64,000 nucleotides of DNA from a candidate division FCPU426 bacterium (GTDB taxonomy: Bacteria; Oederibacteriota; PGYV01; Palsa-1178), in NCBI GenBank assembly GCA_963840035.1, contig CAWIXE010000002.1, positions 672,001 to 736,000 on the forward strand, in the 5' to 3' direction. Shown in pieces: positions 60,350 to 64,000 of this stretch. The notes under the pieces were generated by a model. The model did no database searches and was not told the origin of the DNA. It saw only the letters and a list, made by a program, of their open reading frames with translations. How positions within the stretch are numbered: position 1 is the first letter of the stretch; every line of letters starts with the position of its first letter. Made by a program: the position numbers and the translations under genes.

Positions 60350-60548
60350 GATATTGTCAAGAATTGTGTGTAAATTGTTTTGTTCTTTTTTCCCTCTCCC
60401 CTTGGGAGAGGGTAGGGTGAGGGGAACAAGCCAATTGGTTTCACCTCACCCCGGCCCCTCTCCTAAGAGGAGAGGGGGAAGTCGTTTATAATGGAAACAA
60501 ACATATTTTACGGCCAAAATGAATTTACACACTATTATATACAATACC
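60350..60548. mobile_element. 199-bp MITE with IS256-like terminal inverted repeats
   Basis: 27-bp TIRs (22/27 match) and flanking 9-bp direct repeat GGCTTTAAA (60341-60349 and 60549-60557). Confidence 0.72.
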
Positions 60549-60564
60549 GGCTTTAAAACGCGAA

Positions 60565-60593
60565 TTGACACTGCCGGATATTTGTAGTACACT
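60565..60593 (+). promoter_or_regulatory. sigma-70-type promoter of TM1266-hydG
   Basis: TTGACA-17-TACACT. Confidence 0.7.
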
Positions 60594-60601
60594 GATTTAG
60601 T

Positions 60602-60767
60602 AGTAATTGATGAGCCGGAAGGTTGTTCCTTACGGCGAATCTATGGCATAAAAAAGAGATTGCGCTGATTCAAGAGGGTTTATCCCGATTGTGAAGGCAA
60701 GATAATAGATGAGAAAGGCAATTACTCATATTATCCCCGCGCTTTCGGCGCGGGGATTTTTCATTTT
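60602..60767 (+). ncRNA. structured cis-regulatory leader RNA with intrinsic terminator (riboswitch/attenuator candidate)
   Basis: Nested stems from the predicted TSS, then ATCCCCGCGC-TTTCG-GCGCGGGGAT-TTTT before the RBS. Confidence 0.65.
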
Positions 60768-60779
60768 AAGGAGGCTGCA

Positions 60780-61055
60780 ATGGAAACAAGGATAGCTGTT
60801 GTGAGTATCATAGTTGAGGAAGCTGAAGTGGTTGAAAACTTAAACGCAATTATACATGATTACAGGAAATATATCATTGGCCGCCTGGGCATTCCGTATC
60901 AGAAACAGAACATTTCAGTCATTTGCATTGTCATGGATGCCCCGAATGACGCTATTAGCGCCTTCTCGGGCAAGCTCGGCATGCTCGCAGGCGTGACTAC
61001 AAAGACAGCGTATTCAAGGCTTTTTAACGATGATAAAGAGAACAAGACGGAATAA
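60780..61055 (+). CDS. TM1266-family putative iron-only hydrogenase system regulator
   Basis: METRIAVVSIIVE...IIGRLGIPY...SGKLG-x-L-x-GV; directly upstream of hydG. Confidence 0.88.
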   Translation: METRIAVVSIIVEEAEVVENLNAIIHDYRKYIIGRLGIPYQKQNISVICIVMDAPNDAISAFSGKLGMLAGVTTKTAYSRLFNDDKENKTE

Positions 61056-61097
61056 TAAAAACCGCGGTTAAAAATGCCGCGAAATATGAGGTGAAAT

Positions 61098-62525
61098 ATG
61101 TATAACGCAAAGTCCGCGGACGCGAATGAGTTTATTGACGACGGCGAGGTCCTGGCTTCCATTGCGGAGGCTAAAAATTTGGTCAAAGACAAAACCGGGA
61201 TTGATATGATACTGGCGAAGGCCGCTGAATGCAAAGGCTTAACGCACAGGGAAGCGGCAATACTGCTTGAGATAGACGACGATGAAACCCTTGAAAAAAT
61301 GTATAGAACCGCCAAAAAAATTAAGGAAAAGATTTACGGAAACAGAATAGTGCTTTTCGCGCCGCTTTACCTTTCGAGTTACTGCGTGAACAACTGCAAA
61401 TACTGCGGATACAAAAGTTCGAACAAGATCGGGCGGCACCAGCTCTCGCAGGATGAACTGCGCGCCGAAATAAGGGCGCTGGAGGCCATGGGCCATAAAA
61501 GGCTGCTGCTGGAAGTCGGTGAAGACGATGATAAATGCCCGATTGACTATGTGGTTGAATGCATTAAAACAATCTATAACGAGAAATTTGAGAACGGGGC
61601 GATACGCAGGGTAAATGTGGACATAGCCGCCACAACGGTTGAGAATTATAAGAAGCTTAAGGAAGTGGAAATAGGCACATACCTGCTTTTTCAGGAAACA
61701 TACCACAAGCCCACTTACATGCAGGTGCACAGCGGGCCCAAGCGTAATTATGAATGGCACACCGAAGCCATGGACAGGGCAATGCTGGGAGGAAAGATTG
61801 ACGATGTCGGCATCGGGCCGCTGTACGGCCTTTATGATTATCACTATGAAACAGTTGCGCTTTTAATGCACGCGGAGCACCTGGAGGCGGCTGTGGGCGT
61901 CGGGCCTCATACAATCTCATTCCCCAGGCTTTTACCCGCGGAAGGCGTCGATTTTAACAGCTTTCCGTATCTGGTAAAAGACAGGGACTTTAAAAAACTT
62001 GTGGCAATTATCCGCCTGGCTGTGCCTTATACGGGCATGATATTATCCACAAGGGAAAGCGTTGAATTCCGTAAGGAACTTTTGGAAGTGGGCATATCGC
62101 AGATGAGCGCCGGTTCGTGCACGGGAGTCGGCGGATACGCCAAAAGAAAGACGGTGGACAGCAGCGGGCTTGAGGAAAAGCCGCAGTTCAACGTGGCTGA
62201 CCACAGGGCTCCCATTGACGTAATTAAAAGCCTGGTAAAGGACGGATATGTCCCGAGTTACTGCACAGCCTGTTACCGCGAAGGCAGGACAGGCGACCGC
62301 TTTATGCCGCTGGCAAAATCAGGCCAGATAGGCAACGTGTGCCTTCCCAACGCGCTGCTCACTTTTCAGGAATACCTGAAAGACTACGCGGATGACGAAT
62401 TAAGGTCGGAAGGCGCAAAGATGATAGACCGCGAGATTAAAAACGTAAGCAATGAAAAACAAAAATCCAGGGCGCTGGATTATCTGGAGCGCATACGCAA
62501 AGGCGAAAGGGATCTGCGGTTTTAA
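61098..62525 (+). CDS. hydG: [FeFe]-hydrogenase maturation radical SAM protein
   Basis: FAPLYLS-x-YCVNNCKYC, FQETY, GPHTIS and CTACY-x-C auxiliary cluster motif. Confidence 0.96.
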   Translation: MYNAKSADANEFIDDGEVLASIAEAKNLVKDKTGIDMILAKAAECKGLTHREAAILLEIDDDETLEKMYRTAKKIKEKIYGNRIVLFAPLYLSSYCVNNCKYCGYKSSNKIGRHQLSQDELRAEIRALEAMGHKRLLLEVGEDDDKCPIDYVVECIKTIYNEKFENGAIRRVNVDIAATTVENYKKLKEVEIGTYLLFQETYHKPTYMQVHSGPKRNYEWHTEAMDRAMLGGKIDDVGIGPLYGLYDYHYETVALLMHAEHLEAAVGVGPHTISFPRLLPAEGVDFNSFPYLVKDRDFKKLVAIIRLAVPYTGMILSTRESVEFRKELLEVGISQMSAGSCTGVGGYAKRKTVDSSGLEEKPQFNVADHRAPIDVIKSLVKDGYVPSYCTACYREGRTGDRFMPLAKSGQIGNVCLPNALLTFQEYLKDYADDELRSEGAKMIDREIKNVSNEKQKSRALDYLERIRKGERDLRF

Positions 62526-62547
62526 AATTTTGTGGTATTTTTGTTTT

Positions 62548-62619
62548 GGTAGCCGCAACCTTCAGGTTGTGAAAGGCGGGAAAGCAATCCCGGTAACGCA
62601 GCCTAAAGGCTGCGGCTGC
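62548..62619. repeat. inverted REP-like pair (GGTAGCCGCA family)
   Basis: GGTAGCCGCAACCTTCAGGTTG ... CGCAGCCTAAAGGCTGCGGCTGC. Confidence 0.7.
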
Positions 62620-62642
62620 TAATGCGAAAAACGATAAATGTT

Positions 62643-63725
62643 TTAAAACGACTCCACCAGGTCTATATATAGTTGCATGTCTCCGCGGGCGAATGCCAGC
62701 TCGAAACGCAGCGGCGAGTCCATAAAATCCAGTGGCGTCCAGTGCAGGCCGAAACCCCAGGCTCCTTTGATGCCTTCGGTCTTAAAACTCATTATGTCCG
62801 GCGCGACCTGTCCGGCTGTGGCAAATAAACTGCCGCGGAAGGTCCACCATATGGGGAAGCGGTATTCTGCTTCAAGCGCGGTATACGCGTAGTCGACATA
62901 CCTGCCTTCATAATATCCGCGCATGTAATAAAGACCGCCAAGCATGGGTATGTAGCGGAAAGGCGTGCCTTTACCGGCAAGCCTGAGTATTGCGTCAAAG
63001 CAGAGGATGTTTTCAGGGAAAAGCGTATAAAAAGCCTTGCCTTCGCCTTCAAAAATATAAAAATCAGCGGATGATCCAAGCGCTTTTAATGATGCCGCTG
63101 CCATTATATCCGCCACATATCCGTTTCCGGTAGAAAAACGTCTGTCCCTGCTGTCATATATAAAACGCATACCCAGCGCTGACATTGTGCCGTTGTGGCC
63201 GCCGGCGACCGCGCCTGAATCAAGGAGCCCGCCTGTTTTTAGGCCGCTTATTTCATACCTGTTAAATTTATAATATACCCCGAGCTTCATGCCGGCGGTG
63301 ATGCTCTTTAATAGCGAAGATGTGAATTCGCCTTCGGTATAAGTATAATTCTCAGCGTCTTCACGTTTTGTATCGGGGCCCAAACCCCAGAAAAAATATG
63401 GATAGTACGAAAAGATGGGGTGCGCGTTCAAATAGAGCGAGCCTTTATCAAAATATTTTTCCGTGTTTAAGTCTATGCACAGCTGTTTTTTTTCGGTATA
63501 TACAACTGAAAATATGCCTGTATCTTTTTTTGTGGTCATGGAAAGTGACTCGGGAAAGCCGGTATAAAGGGCGGCTGCGCCAAAGGCTATGCCTGTTTCA
63601 GGTGTGTAGTAAACTGCCGGCAGGGGCATGATATTAAAGATATATTTTTCTTCAACGGGGATATCGGCTGCAAAAATCGGATAAAACAAAAGAAAGAATA
63701 ATAGTAGTATTGCGTTTTTTTTCAT
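62643..63725 (-). CDS. Omp85/BamA-TamA-family outer-membrane barrel (no POTRA domains)
   Basis: YYTPETG, YDSRD, LGG...MRGY, EYRFP and terminal ESF motifs. Confidence 0.82.
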   Translation of the reverse strand: MKKNAILLLFFLLFYPIFAADIPVEEKYIFNIMPLPAVYYTPETGIAFGAAALYTGFPESLSMTTKKDTGIFSVVYTEKKQLCIDLNTEKYFDKGSLYLNAHPIFSYYPYFFWGLGPDTKREDAENYTYTEGEFTSSLLKSITAGMKLGVYYKFNRYEISGLKTGGLLDSGAVAGGHNGTMSALGMRFIYDSRDRRFSTGNGYVADIMAAASLKALGSSADFYIFEGEGKAFYTLFPENILCFDAILRLAGKGTPFRYIPMLGGLYYMRGYYEGRYVDYAYTALEAEYRFPIWWTFRGSLFATAGQVAPDIMSFKTEGIKGAWGFGLHWTPLDFMDSPLRFELAFARGDMQLYIDLVESF

Positions 63726-63886
63726 GTGTAAACTCCTTTATAAGATTATAAGCAGCGCAACATGATAAAGTCAATTTGTTTTTGTGTGGTGTTGCAGCGG
63801 AGCCCGGCACTGTGTTTCTGGAGGATTGTAATCCTGCCGCTACAAGATTAATTTACAAAAGCCGATTTTACCTGTATTATGAAACC

Positions 63887-64000
63887 ATGAACAATATTGT
63901 AAACACATTCAGAGCTTTTAACCACAGGAACTACAGGCTTTTCTTTGCCGGACAGGGCATATCGTTTTTAGGCTCGCTCATGCAGTCCGCGGCGCAAGGC
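63887..64000 (+). CDS. MFS transporter, 5' fragment
   Basis: MNNIVNTFRAFNHRNYRLFFAGQGISFLGSLMQ..., typical first helix of EntS/MefA-like MFS proteins; truncated by the window edge. Confidence 0.75.
   Translation, partial: MNNIVNTFRAFNHRNYRLFFAGQGISFLGSLMQSAAQG

Noticed and set aside
60607..60640. Hammerhead ribozyme (TGATGAG-stem-CGAA)
   Set aside because: The core reads UUGAUGA and CGAAU instead of CUGAUGA and GAAA, and I could not build stems I and III around a cleavage triplet
60660..60716. SAM-I riboswitch (GAGGG...CCCGAT...AGATGAG resemblance)
   Set aside because: It lacks the P1 AUC...AGA start and the GCAACC / GUGC-x-AA-x-UCC core

Overview
This is a chromosomal window from what looks like an anaerobic, two-membrane bacterium, inferred from several beta-barrel proteins, lipoproteins and an [FeFe]-hydrogenase. 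It holds four blocks. (1) Housekeeping genes at 1-7.8 kb. (2) A roughly 23 kb nitrogen-assimilation supercluster: gltBD, nfnAB, a GAF-ANTAR regulator, gdhA, two amtB-glnK pairs, a TorF-like porin, type III glutamine synthetase and a double-GAF sigma-54 activator. (3) A complete N-type ATPase operon (atpD-C-Q-R-B-E-F-A-G). (4) A tetrameric Hnd-type [FeFe]-hydrogenase followed by aspA-like, hydF and hydE, with TM1266-hydG about 9 kb further on and accessory secreted proteins in between. The most interesting signals are non-coding: a multi-stem riboswitch-like leader with terminator upstream of TM1266-hydG that matches no class I recognise; an ANTAR dual-hexaloop RNA in front of gdhA, with a near-match in front of gltB; two sigma-54 promoters sharing a paired 17-bp TGGT(C/T)AA enhancer; an 18-aa leader ORF; an IS256-like MITE with a 9-bp target duplication; and many heptamer-periodic inverted repeats and REP-like elements. 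No rRNA, tRNA or CRISPR array was seen. All calls are by eye from sequence motifs, with no database search.
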